55,211 nucleotides of DNA. Source: Bigelowiella natans CCMP2755. Lineage: Eukaryota > Protista > Cercozoa. The stretch spans positions 1-55,211 of the forward strand of contig ADNK01002201.1 of the NCBI GenBank assembly GCA_000320545.1. Reading direction: 5' to 3'. Positions 1-13,111 of this stretch are shown here, piece after piece. The position numbers and the translations under genes were made by a program. Within the stretch, counting starts at the first letter, position 1. Each line of letters starts with the position of its first letter. The notes below the pieces were generated by a model that was not told where the DNA came from, did not search any database, and saw only the letters and a list, made by a program, of their open reading frames with translations.

Positions 1-172
1 AACTTTTTTTTTTCTCTCTATCTCTTTACTTTTCCCCCCCCCCCCCCCTCTCCGTCCCCGGCGCGATTTTTCATCTTTTCCCCTCCGATATGACCTGGAC
101 CAGACGGCGGAGAAAATCGCTCCCAGGAGGCAGAATGAGACCTGAATAAGGAAAAAGCAGGGAGGGGGGGGG

Positions 173-217
<45 letters not shown>

Positions 218-501
218 AAACAGCAGGCAAAGAGAACAAGGTGTCGGCGTGCGGTAAGTAATTCTTCTTGCAACACATTCAAACGCGGCCGTCATTCGCA
301 AATGCAATGGCGGCATGTACTGCAAAAAGCGATGGGTGTCAGGGAATAGCGACCTGGAGGAGCATCATCGAGTATAGCAGCCTCGTCACCTAATGTGTGA
401 TAATAATAAATAACAATATTAATAATAATAATGGTACAAATAGAAATTATTAGTATTGTTTATCGGGCTTGGGAGAGGAGGAAGAGAGCATAGAGAAAGA
501 G

Positions 502-540
<39 letters not shown>

Positions 541-914
541 TATGCTGCGTTTTTGCGACAACCTTAGTCATGATTTGCGATCTCTTCTCGGTAATGTTGC
601 TATCTGACTCGCTCTTTGCGTTCAGACGAATTTTCGTTTGCGCGCCGCAGTAGACGACGACCCTGGTAATATGCGGTAGGAAAACAGTAACAATCGAATT
701 GTCAGTGAGGGTTGTAGGGGTTGGTCATTGCGTGGTGCGAATGTGCATATTTACATACACATACATACTTTTATATACATATTATATGCTACAGATGATG
801 GAGACGAAATCTTTTGTTTCTTTTGTACCCATGCACCCATTGCGTGTTTTTCAACGCCGTTCCGCGCAGTAGGAGATTCGCAGCTTCCAATCTATGAAGA
901 AACGAATATATATA

Positions 915-983
<69 letters not shown>

Positions 984-3006
984 TATGGATCATCATCATC
1001 ATCGTCGTCGTCGTCGTCATTCGACACGAAGGAGGAGCGCAGTGAGGCTCTACAAAACAGTGCGTGCATGCGTGAGTGAGTGCTGCCTGACCGAAATCGT
1101 TTGCCCTCCCCTTCTTTCGGGATGAAGCTGCCATTGAACTCCTCCAATTCCTTGCGGGGAATCTCAACCTGACGGACCGATGGTGATGTTGATAATGGCG
1201 ATAAGAGAGGGAGGAAGAGAGGGGAGAAGGAGGAGGAGGAGGAGACTTTTCCACCATTTAATCTTGAAACTCGACACCCCACGTTCCGTCCCCCGCCCCC
1301 CTTCCCCTCTCTTTCCCTCTCCCTTCTTCTTTATTCGCGTAGACAAAATTTGGTTCCCTCTTTTCCTTAATCTACGGCTTCACTACTATCATGCTTTTCG
1401 CGAGGAGCTGCATCGATGGCCAACCCAACAGCTGTTATTACTACTGCCGATGTAGCAACAACTGATGTGCAAACGGCGACTAGAGAAATGATTATTGTCG
1501 CAAGTATTGTTGTCGTCATTATTTGGATGGATCTTCTTTCTGTTCACCTCCAGCTTTCCCTCCACGCCATCTAGGTCGTTGGAGCTTCCGAGTTTTGTCA
1601 AAAACTGAGGCACTGCCTCCTTCAGCTAGGGGGGGGGGGAGGGAAAAGAAGAGCAGGAGCAAGAGGAGGGGGAGGAGGGGGAATTACTTACTAAACATAT
1701 TGCGGTAGTTTCCCTATTCTCGGCAGCAGATATATGTACCGTGAGTGTATATGTTCATGCGCTACTACTGCTACAGATATCGTATCCTCCGAGGAAGGTC
1801 CGACCTCCATACATGCTTATATAACCCCCCATCTAACACGGGAGAGTGTTTATCATCACACATCGCCGCGAAAAAGCTCCGTGACGGCCATTTGGATCAT
1901 GACGCCGCCGTAGTTATAGTAGTAGTGGTGGTAGAAGTGGTGTGGTGTGCTACCTTCAGATTAGTCTCCCCATCTAGACTGGCAGTCTCCACGAAACAAT
2001 GACCCTGGAAAGGAGGAGGAAGAAAGAGAAGAAGAAGAAGAAGAAGAAGAAGAAGAAGAAGACATAGGAGGAGGAGGAGAAGGTCATATTTCCATTATAT
2101 CACAGTGACCTCATCGCGGTTTCTCTCACTCACTTACTCTCTCCCTCTCACTCATTCTCCCCCCCCCCCCACCCCGTCCCCCTCCCCCTTTATCTCACAT
2201 TAAACGAGATATATTAAAAAGCGCTGAACATTTCAACACTTCCTCTCGAGGAGCAGCAGAATTCGCAAGGAGTACACATCTTTAGTGCTTTTGATGTGGG
2301 CAATTCGCGATCGGAGGTCGCATAATTGTGACACTGCTACTGCTACTCCCGTACCGTGGGGTGCGCCGAGTTGAGGAGCACCATGTCGGCTGGGAATGTC
2401 TCCCCGACCTGCACACGCACGATGTCTCCAACTTTCAAATTTCCTGATGGTGGTAATGATGATGATGATGATGATGATGAAAATATTATTCTTAAACTAA
2501 AACTGTTGTTAACATATCGGGTGGACGCAGTGATGGTAGTAATAGTAGTAGTAGTAGTAGTAGTAGTAGTAATAAGCAGTCGTGTTGTGATAGCGATGCT
2601 ATCCAAGCCATAACTGTTAATAGTTACCAGATCTTTCATAGTAGAACCCCTCAGCAGCTCTTTTTCTCTCACGTGTGACACGGTCTAAGCGTTCGGTAGA
2701 GGCTGCAGCGCGCAGGGGCGGGGGGTACCGTATGTCATTATCACAACGAATTTGAATATCATTATCACGGCGCAAAGAGGGGAAACTACAGGTGTTGCGT
2801 TGTTAGTTTGTTGTACATCGGTGAGAACTCGCGTATCCTGGGTTGTAGACTTGAACCTGGCGAATGATCGGTCAAATTGTGGAAAGACTCAATATGCTGT
2901 GCCAGCACGCAGCTCATTCGACACCACCAAGTGTGGGGCGTGCTCATACAGGAGAAAGCCGAATCGAGCAACGACTCGGACGAGGCGCTTAGGAATGTGT
3001 AGTACA

Positions 3007-3085
<79 letters not shown>

Positions 3086-3166
3086 AGACCGTTCGTCCGG
3101 CGACTTTGTTATCTTCTTTGTGCTTTGCGTAGTCGTCCACCTGGTTGTGATGTGTGCGTGTGTGTT

Positions 3167-3206
<40 letters not shown>

Positions 3207-4226
3207 GGGGGGGGGGAACAATTGCAGCGGAGATGATACCAGCGCACGTGACGCATACGAGTGAGCACAAATGAATCTAGTGTTGCAGAGAAAACATGTA
3301 ATGTTGTGTCTGATTCTTCTGTCCTCTCGAAAGGAGGCCTATCAATCGCCGAGAGAGTCGCAAAGGCAACACGTTTTCCCTATGCGGCTTGTAATTATCC
3401 TTACCGCTGCACGGACGCCCGAAACGAAGAGAATAAAGCTCAGCGGAATATAGTTGTCAGGAACCTAAAAATTAAGCGCACAAAAAAACACGTCGACAAA
3501 AAAATCATCAGACATTGCATTTGGGTGCTCTGTTTGTTATAAGATCTCTTGTATTAAGTGCAGGCGGACCCCATCTGTTGTGGTAATTTCAGGAATGATC
3601 TGCAGGATGCCGATGATGAAAAAGTAGATATTTGAAACTTCCTGGAATTGATCCCTTAGGTAAGAAAGAGCACAAATAGCAATGAGACGATATATGAGAA
3701 GATCTTTTGCCTTGAGTTTGTATGTGTGAGCTTGTGTTGCGCATGAAAGCACGCCATTTTTCATTATAATGCGATGGAGTGCACGTAAGAATATAACCTG
3801 CGATAGCTATATATTGTTTGAATGCATTGTTAAAAAACGTGTGCGTCTCGTTACCACAAGTTGAGAGGGATGAAGTTCCATAGAGTATACTTTGATGTGA
3901 CCACCCGGTTGGAGACCTATTGCCCATTGTTGCAATTTTATGAATATGTGTTCAGAGGCTGCACATTTTTCAAAAAGTGATTTTGTTAATCTCGGGCGAC
4001 AAAACCTGGCGGAAGTTGCAGTCGTTTGGGTTTGGCGTTTGAATAATACATCTACGAAATCCATCAAAGTTTGGATCTTCCTCATCAAGAATTTCGTACA
4101 CCCTGCAATGCAAGTGAATAGAATAAGACCCTTTTTTAAGCACCAAGAAGAATGGGATATGAAGCTCTGTCGCTTAGTTTGAAGAAATGGCATCTGGTTA
4201 TCTCTCAAATAGTCTTTGAAGACCAT
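1..4226 (-). CDS. P4-type ATPase (phospholipid flippase), 5' part of a multi-exon gene continuing beyond the left edge
   Basis: Spliced minus-strand exons give family motifs in the expected order: SNRVVTSKYTLWNFIPLNLW (~3920-3855), DQFQEVSNIYFFIIGILQIIP, DDYAKHKEDNKV, LKVGDIVRVQVGETFPADMVLL, CFVETASLDGETNLK (~2005-1955), NLLLRGTALKNTQWVHG, VVVYCGAQTKI. The start at 4226 is tentative. Confidence 0.92.
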
Positions 4227-4688
4227 ATTCCATTCCAGAAAATTAAGGGAAGGATGAACATAGCATCCCCTTACCAAACTTAAGGCACTTACTTCCCTTC
4301 CATCCTTATGTGTTGTGCTGCACAGCGAGCCTTGCGCGATGCTGGAAGAGGGGAAAGTGATCACGAGTAAGGATCAGGTTCGTTCAGGGTCTAAGCAGGA
4401 GCATCGTGCGCCAAATTAAAATACTTCAAAAATATCATGTCCAATATTCTCCTACGATGTGGACTTTTACTTTGTCGCATATAAAAAATTGAATGCCTTA
4501 AGACAGTATTCATTCCCTCAAATGGTATTTCTTCGTGCACAAAATCTCGAAAGCCAGTCAAATACGCGACGAACTGTGAACATTTATCGTGATTTCGACT
4601 GAAATCCCGGTGCTTGCTGTCTACCGGGATTTAGGAGAATCACCGGCATTTTTTTTTCTCTCTCCCTCTACCTCCAGTCCTCCAGAAA

Positions 4689-5570
4689 ATGGAGGTTGAT
4701 GAGAGGTTGGCACTGGCCGGCATGATTGCATACGCCTTCATTTTTGCATGGGCAGCGTACGGTTCTCACGCTGTAAATTTCGGGATTCCAACACTTGTGA
4801 TGTGCATGGTGATGTGTGGCTGCCTGCTAACCGAAGCTTTACTAGCGTTGAATGGGGGGATATTATCTCGTACAGCACTCCCCATCCCAGATCTCGTACT
4901 GGAGAAGGGAAGGTTCATAGTCGGGAGCTCTTCAGCACTCTGTATGCTGCATCTATACAGGCCGAGAGGTTACAAATACCTCCAGCTAACAACTAGAGCA
5001 GCTACTTACTGCTTTGTGGTTGTTGAGTTTTTCAACCTTACTTACTATTTCTTCGGCCCTGACAAAAACTACAATCCGAATGACGTAGCTCATGCGATTG
5101 GATTTGGACTACTTGGAGTTCCATCAATGTTTACAATAGCAATTAGTGCAGATTTCTTCAAGATACAAGTTGTATCAGCGATTGCACTTTCTATGTGCAT
5201 CCTCACTATGGGATTATCTCTGGCATCTATGGCAAAGAACGTAGAAATAGACGAGGTGAAAGGTAAAATAATGATTTTTAGTGGGTGCGTCATGTACCCA
5301 ACAGCAATCACTTGCGCCTGGTTCCGCAGCAAGCCTCAATCTAATGACTGTAGTCTGGAAGATGGCAATGCCATGTCCATGCGTACTTCCTCGCCAGCTA
5401 GGAATAGCCGCCCCAGTCCGCGCGTGAGATCCTCATCTCCAGCAAGGAACAACCGTCCCAGACCACCCTTGAATTCACATAACCATAAGTCACCTAGGAC
5501 TAGTCGCCGTTCACGTCATGCTCGGAGAGAGGAATCGGTAGGCGAGGGGCTTGGTACCATAAAAGAATAA
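4689..5570 (+). CDS. Intronless multipass membrane protein of unknown function (293 aa)
   Basis: ATG-to-stop ORF with about 6-7 hydrophobic segments, then an R/S/P-rich tail containing SSPARN(S/N)RP twice. No family recognised. Confidence 0.7.
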   Translation: MEVDERLALAGMIAYAFIFAWAAYGSHAVNFGIPTLVMCMVMCGCLLTEALLALNGGILSRTALPIPDLVLEKGRFIVGSSSALCMLHLYRPRGYKYLQLTTRAATYCFVVVEFFNLTYYFFGPDKNYNPNDVAHAIGFGLLGVPSMFTIAISADFFKIQVVSAIALSMCILTMGLSLASMAKNVEIDEVKGKIMIFSGCVMYPTAITCAWFRSKPQSNDCSLEDGNAMSMRTSSPARNSRPSPRVRSSSPARNNRPRPPLNSHNHKSPRTSRRSRHARREESVGEGLGTIKE

Positions 5571-5699
5571 AAGCGCCCGTCTCATATGTTTAGAGGAACG
5601 CTAACGAGCAGCAAAACGTGGGTTCTTAATTGTAGAAGACTAAAATTTTAAAATCACCGCCTGTGTAATGTCATCCATTACTATAACACAATGATGAGT

Positions 5700-6500
5700 A
5701 TATGTCTAGACATGCATGTGAGCTAGCCATGCTAGGCTGCGTAGTACGCTTGCTAGCTTGCTAGCTTGAGACGCTAACGTCATATGCTCGATCATAAGTC
5801 GCGTGTATGTGCGCATGCTGAAGCAAGCGCGTGTACTTTACGTTCTTCGAATCTAGGTATGGCAAAGTATCTCGCACTGACTAGTTGAGTTTGCAATATA
5901 TGAGATGGGCGGATGCGTGTTGAAGAATTAACCTAGTAACGCGGAAGTATCCTGGCTAGTTAGGTAGCTGGCATCCGCAATAATTGCACGCCATGCTATA
6001 TATGTAGACTCACGACATGCACGCACGTATATATGCAGCGCTTTAAATAGCTAGCTAGCTAGATAGATATAGAGCCTAGGATACGCGCAGCACACATTGC
6101 TTACATTGCACACACAAACAAAGAGGACGAGGACGAGGAGGGCAAGGATGACGAGAAAAAGGATGATGAGTACTCCGACCATGTCAATGACGACGAGGAG
6201 GACAAGAAGGAAGAGGAGGAAGAGAAGATCGATGGTGAAGAGAAGGCGCGACGTGCGGATGCATGGCTAAATAGTCAAATCATGTGATCGGCAGAAATTT
6301 GTATCATAGCTAGCAATGATCGAAGGCGCGTCGCCGTGATCTAGTGATGATGGCAGAGCAGCGTCACAGCAAGAGCGCAACGTCGCGTTGCGATGCTAAA
6401 TTCCTTGTACTAGTGTACGATGTGCTATCCATCTTGGTACGTATCTAGGTATCTACGTGCATGCAAGCAACACACCTAGACTCGGCGAAACGAATCAAAG
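5700..6500. other. CTAG-enriched intergenic zone between convergent genes
   Basis: 13 CTAG counted in 5701-6090 (about 1.5 expected at uniform composition); runs such as gctagcttgctagc and agctagctagctag. Confidence 0.8.
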
Positions 6501-6818
6501 AAACAACTGCAATGCTGAACTTCGTCGCAAATAGGGTTCCGTACACACGCGCCAACAAGTTGCGCATAGCATGCAAAAGATTGGAAGTTCACAAAACACG
6601 CCTGTTAACAGACCTTCAGGTATAAATCTGCACGATGGTGCCAGATTAGATAGAATGCAGGACGACATCAAAGGAAGTTGAGCAAAGCTGCAGAATAGGC
6701 ACATTCTCGCACAACCAAATGATGTTCTCGAAAAAACAACACACACACAACCTGGCACGAAGCATGATTCCAAAAGTTGTGAATGCTGGTCGACTTATTC
6801 TTAATACTTGTCCTAATT

Positions 6819-9800
6819 TCAGTCCTTCTTCCGCTCCAACAGAAGCATACGCTCTGATGTAATTATGTCGGAGGATTAAGGACTAGTAAATGGATAAAAA
6901 TCGTTGTGATTTGTGCGAAAACCCTTGCTCTCCGCAGACCCACAACTTTGGAAAGCCTTGAGGAACTCCAGGGGCAACGGAAATATCACAGTGCTGTTCT
7001 TCTCAGCCGATATCTGTTGCATCGTAATCATCGTCGGTATGCGATCGAAAAATCATAGTATAGTTGAAATGAACGGAAAACCAACATGGAAGTAGTATTT
7101 GAAAGTGACAGTATTTTAAGCCCGGTTCGCTGAATGGCGATTTTCTGTGTAAACCCTCGAATTCTGGAATCCTTGAATCATCATTGCATACTACGACTTC
7201 ATCACGTTATCCACCTCTCTTAGCGTGTCCAGGAAGCGTAGCTGTAACGAAGCGACGTTTTGCGAGAGCGTTTGCGCAGCCTTTTCAGCACGAACGAAAC
7301 ATTATTTCGACCCACAAACATTCCAACCACATACAAAGGGGAAATGCGTGAAAATGGACTGCTACTCCTTGTTCTTACCTTAAGAAGCAGTGGTGCGGCT
7401 TGCACCTCTCCTTCCGCCGCGATGACCTTCGCCCTGTGTCATGAATCGTCAGTGTTTCAATGTTTCTTTTCACGATTGAGAATCGAATCGAATCTCTGCG
7501 ACTAGTATGCAATAGCCAACCGCCCACATCAATCAAGCAGCAGTGCAGTGAAAAATCGTAGTGACCTCCTGTCGCGCTCTGATTCAGCCTGCGCTCCCAT
7601 ACTCCTTTGCATGCTTTGAGGTAATTGCACATCCTACAGCCAAAAATAGCAACCATCGAGAAGCTTAAAAAACAACAAAGCCGTAGCGGTGAATAATGCC
7701 AGGAATATGGGGTGTTTGTTGCCACAAAAAAGTCATAATCATCATGCAAAACCAGCTGACCACTCAGCCGCAATTGATCATTTCGCAGTGCCATATTTTC
7801 TGTGGAAAGGCTTTTTTTGGGGCGAAATCTCGATATTTAGAATGCTCGGAATTCGAATCAGCACGCGCTCATTCACCTTGATCTCGACTCTGGTCACTTT
7901 CAGGCCCCACGAGTCTGTTTCTGCATCTAAGATGCGCTGCAGTTTGCCGTTGAGGGTGTCTCGCTTCGAGAGAAGGTCGTCGAGCTCAGAGCATCCAATC
8001 ACAGCACGAATGGCGGTCTACCAAGAGGGGTAAGATGAGAGGAGAGGGGAGTTGACGTAAGAGGATGTGGCAAGGTAGAGAAAATTACGATACACGCTCA
8101 CACAAACACCCATCTCATTAACATCGACTAAAAAGGCTTACCGATGCCAGTTGCGAGGTAGCCGCACGAGCACCTTAGATGTGTGAAATCGATGAGCCGC
8201 ATCAACCATCAGAGAGCACCATGTAGTATGAAAGAAATATTGATCGCGACTTAACCGCATGCAGTTGATTCGTGCTGATGAGCACTCACGTCTACCATTC
8301 ATAGATCATGGCATGCCTTTTGCTATGCTAGCTACTGTACGTGACAAATACACACACGCACGCATGCACATGCCCATGCACACGTACGAAAAAGGAGAAA
8401 GAGAGTAAACGAGGGGGGCGGAGGGGGGTGGGAGAGAGTACACAAATCTAATAATAAGCAATACCGTTAATCGTCAAGACGTTCGCCTTCGCCATATTGA
8501 TGTGGTACAGAACAACTGGATTATGGCCAATGCGATCGATTAGATGAAGAGGAAAGTGAGAGATTGAGAAGGAAAAGAATAAATGAAGGAGAGAAAGAAC
8601 GCAAGTAAATATATGTGCAGCAGACTTGCGAACAGCAGAGTCGTCTACTACTAGTTTTTCCTCGCCACAAACTCCCCCCCCCCCCCCCCGCCCCCCTGAC
8701 CCCCTTACGGTATAGCTCACAAGGAAGCACCCATATTGCTTAAATTTAATGCGGTGAGCAACCTGCATTCACGTAGACAGTCACCGATTCCTGTGAGGAA
8801 AGAAGGGGAGAGGGGTTAGGGTTAGAGGGGGGCGAATCTGAATGCTTGTAACAAATATTCGTGCCAGGAAAAAGGGGGACAACCAACTCCTCAGAACTAA
8901 ACGCCTACGTGATATTGTACTATATCATTGCCTTTGTGAGCATCTCTTGGCGCTGAAGATTCATGGTTTGTATGCGCAAGTCCACAACTCTAAGGGAAAA
9001 GAAGAGGAGGACGGGTACTCAATCATCGCCGAGAAGAACGGCATTCGTGGCTAGAGAAAGCGGCAAGCCCTCGATACCCCATTCATTCTTCTCAAAAAGG
9101 ATTTTAATTGGCGATTTGCCCTGTGCAACATCACGCCACGTGCGTAGCATTGAACCGTATGCTAGCAATTTCACGTACGTATGGTGGGTTTGTGTTTTAT
9201 GTATTAGTTAGATGGTAGATGCCGTAACTGCCACTCGTCGATGAATGGCCAGATGTATCCCAAGCCCTCTTCCTGCATAATCCATGCTATTATTATTTAT
9301 CGGAGTACGGATTTATGCTGAGTCATAACGAATGTGGCTGTGTTTCCTCTTTTCATCTCTTTCCTGCTGGTCCTATTTGCGGTGCGCAGCACGGCGACTT
9401 TGCGCCAACCCACCTTGACACACAAAAATTTTCCAAACCGGAAGACTACAGCCCTTTCATAATTCCTCAACGTCTATTTATTGAATCGAAAGTTATGATT
9501 AAACGAAGAGACAAAGGAGATGAGCATCCACGCACGGTGATACGTTCCTGATTACACACATGCACCAGATTACACAAAAACAGCACTTACTTTGCTCTGG
9601 AATATCCAAGTGATTGGAATGAGCGAAACCAGGATAGAAAAGAACCACAGGAACATCGCAATGAAAGTGCTGAGTAATTACAACAGCATTCAGGCGGCGA
9701 TTGTAGAGTCTCTAGCCCATAAAATTGAATCTTGCAACCCCTCCCTTCCCTCCAGCGCAACCATGGCAATCTTCACATAAAACTCACTACACAATAAGGA

Positions 9801-10209
9801 AAACCCATACCAAGATCGCGTCTGATCTATTATTCTCTTCTTACCCGTAGCAACTTGTGCAGCAACCACCACCGTACACCAGTCCTCTCTGAGAAGATGC
9901 AGCATACATCGACCAACAGTGAAGCACATAATTATGAGGAATTAGTGCAGTATACCCCAGGTTCTGCGTTAGCTAGAGCTCTGATGGCTTCCATATTAGG
10001 ATCATCCCTTCCTGTGAGGCGCCTCATTTCGACCTTGACCTGCAGTAAGACGAGACCATGCTCATCCAGTTTGAAGGCTAACGGCGCAATGGTAGGGGAA
10101 GAACATATGGTGCATATGGCTGGAAAACCATGCTACTTACATCAGCATCGCTGTTTCTGATTTATCCAAGAGAACCGAGAGGAAAGATCGTCATACCCCA
10201 GTCGTCCAT
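6819..10209 (-). CDS. Stomatin/band-7 (SPFH domain) protein, multi-exon
   Basis: Spliced peptide: FIAMFLWFFSILVSLIPITWIFQSK|TLRNYERAVVFRFGKFL...IWPFIDEWQ|VVDLRIQTMNLQRQEMLTK|ESVTVYVNA...ILDAETDSWGLKVTRVEIK|DVQLPQSMQRSMGAQAESERDR|RAKVIAAEGE...SLQLRFLDTLRE|ISAEKNSTVIFPLPLE, collinear with stomatin. The exons above ~9700 and the last exon are tentative. Confidence 0.9.
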
Positions 10210-10799
10210 TGCCAATAGAACAGAACAAACAACACTCAACGTTAAAGAATCGAACGGACAGTCAGTATCAGTGCAGAGTTGAAATCTGCGAATTCCATGG
10301 AATTCCCTCAAAGTATACAGGTTGTCAATTCGAGAACACCTGTTGTTTCCTGGCATATCTCCTATGCGCTTTCTTCAAGCTGTTTTATATGAAAGAACAG
10401 ATCTTGAAAAATGTACTTTACCATTCTCTATTTCTCTCTCCATTCGTTCCCTCCTCCCTCCAACCGCTCGTCCTCATCCCTTACAATGCACGTGTGCGAA
10501 AGAACCGTAGATCAATGTGCTTAATAGGAGCCAAGTGGAGACAGATCTGGCAGGCAGCTTTCGAGCCTTGATGAGAACAGAATATCAAAGAATAATGATG
10601 TGCTGTCCATTTTTTGGTTTACGTCACTGTTATGAGCATGACGCATGTCATGAATTTGAGGGGATTAGCACAACATGAGACAAATTGTTGAAAGGGGGAC
10701 TAATGTCTTTTCCGAACGATGAACTCGTAACGGAGAACTACGACGATTTTGCTGGGTGCGTCAAGGTTTTATGAAAGTCTTAGGGTTGAAACACACGTC

Positions 10800-11700
10800 A
10801 CTACTTGTGCTTCCGATCAAATGCCCTGCTCTGCGCACAGACTGGCAGCCATTGCTGGATTGGTCCAACGACCTTTGCCCTCTTCTTGGAGGTGCGAGCC
10901 TTGCCCAATCTTGTGTGTCCTAGTCCCCGCAGGCCGGCTTGTATGATGAGCGCGCTTGATTCGCTCCGCTTGCCTACCTGCTTGAGGCGCATCTTGCATG
11001 TGCTAGTGGCACACCTGTTCACTGCTGGACTGTGCAGGCGCGCAATTGCTGGCGCGTTCACGCGTTTGCAAGCACAAGTGACTTGGCAAACTGTTTGCAT
11101 TCCATGAGTTTTTGCATGAATTTTTGAAGTCACTGTCATTCCACTCGAATGCATGACGTTCATTGAGCGAAAATCATTGGTTGCATTCGAATGAACTCTG
11201 GAACTAGTGAACAGCACTCGAATGAACACGCGTTCCAGCGCGTTTGCAAGTCTGTTCTGTTCGGTTTGTGCAACAGGTTTCAACTGTTCGTTCGTTGCTG
11301 GACCCACATCTCAGCATGCAATGTCTAGGTGTGCACGCATGAAAGCGCATGCGCGCGCAGCCACATCATGAACACCAATTGATGAACACAATGCCCACCG
11401 ACGCACACACCTAGCTAGCCTAGACACGTGAATCGGGACGCACAGCTAGACAGCGTGCATTGCGGCAGTCTGCTGATCGATATATCGACGTTGTGTCCAC
11501 AGCTTGCTAGCTTGTCAGTGAGGCTGCACACCGTCGAAACTGCCTGATTGAGTGCAGGCTCAAATTCTGTCGCACAAAAAAGTGTCCTAGAGCGCACAAG
11601 CGCTTCATTCGCAATGGCTGCGCAAGCGCGCGATGCAGTGTGAAGACACATTGAAATGCAAGTTTTTGCTAGGTGCGAAATGGACAAATGCGCGAGCTCG
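10800..11700. other. TpA-depleted, CTAG-sparing intergenic zone
   Basis: In 10981-11700 I count 12 TA dinucleotides, 10 of them within CTAG; TG/CA are abundant and CpG is retained. Confidence 0.85.
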
Positions 11701-12023
11701 CTCGAGAATATCATAAGAAACAAGTTTTGAATCCAAGCGCTATGCTGTTCTATCCAATGCAAAGCGTTCTTGGTGAGATAAATCGTGAAATCTTAGCGTA
11801 AATTACAACAAGGATTTGAAAGATGACAATGAGTAAGGCAATTCACTAGGTGCGAAACTCGCCCATTAATCTATGCTAGCTAGCCCGATCAATCTCGTGA
11901 TGATGTATGCTGTGCGGCTCTGCCAGTGAGCATGTAGCTGCAGGTGCGATACAATGCAAACTTGAAAGTTTTGTATTGTAGAGATTTTGATGGTTGCTAT
12001 GTGCTCTGAGGTAGTGTATTCCG

Positions 12024-12792
12024 TCATTCAGTGCTTGGTTGCACCTTTCTCGCCTCCATGCACAACATGCAGCATTTCTTCGCAGGATTTGATGACCGGG
12101 GCCGTTCCTCAGTGATTGTGCTCAGGGAGTCGGCCTGTGGGCAGAATTAGTGCGGGTTGAAATAAAGTGAAGTAAAATTTAAAAAATGGGAACACAAATA
12201 TAGCAGCAGCTAAAAGAAAACTTGCCTCGCAATCACTTCTAAGCATAGGTGGAGAATTCCTGTAGGTCTTGCGACAGTGAACATCCCCCCCTCCCCCCCC
12301 CCCCTTCCCCCTCCAAACTTCTAATTTTTTGTTTCTAGTCTCTTCTGTCACTACTACCGGGAAGATTCCCTGCTGCACCATGCTCGCGGTTTGTTGGTAA
12401 CCCTTCTCCTCGACCTATAAAGAAAAACTCTTGCTTACTAGCGTGAAGTCGAAGTAAATAGACTCAAAAGGAACAAACTAGCTTTTGACGCAGAGGGTGC
12501 TGCCAATCCCCCCCCCCCCCCACTTCTACTCCCTCTCGCTTCTGTTTTCCTGCAGTTGAAAGCAAGCAAAAGTGACCGTTTGGCCCCATCCGAGGTTGAA
12601 GGTAATATTGCAAGGAGGATCCTTTGCCGCGCTATCCTTCCTCCCTGTGGGGAATATATCATATATTGCATACGTGCCAACACAGTCAACGAGCACGCAC
12701 GACCGCAATGAACAAGCATGATTATCTTGGTTTTGTGACTTTTAGGCGCGCACATATGCACACGCTAATGCATGTATTTATATTCTATATGC

Positions 12793-12829
<37 letters not shown>

Positions 12830-12839
12830 TCAATTATAA

Positions 12840-12882
<43 letters not shown>

Positions 12883-13062
12883 AGGGAAGGGGGCGGGGGG
12901 GGAGAAGAATAACTGATATTATTGCGGTACCGGTAAGTGCATTAGCAAATTGGCTGACCATGAGCACCCCCGCTGCCAAGCACGGGCACACCTGTAGGAA
13001 GGAAGGCAAATGGGGTCGGAGCAGAAGAAACAGCGTGCATTAGTATATATGCACACACACAC

Positions 13063-13111
<49 letters not shown>

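Noticed and set aside
10050-10067. Possible 17-nt GT-AG micro-intron in the stomatin 5' region
   Set aside because: The frame reads through without splicing, so no intron is required.
10801-11307. 168-aa minus-strand ORF, and similar ORFs at 33432-35099, as genes or transposon proteins
   Set aside because: No recognisable domain. Loss of TA removes TAA and most TAG stops, so long open frames are expected by chance.
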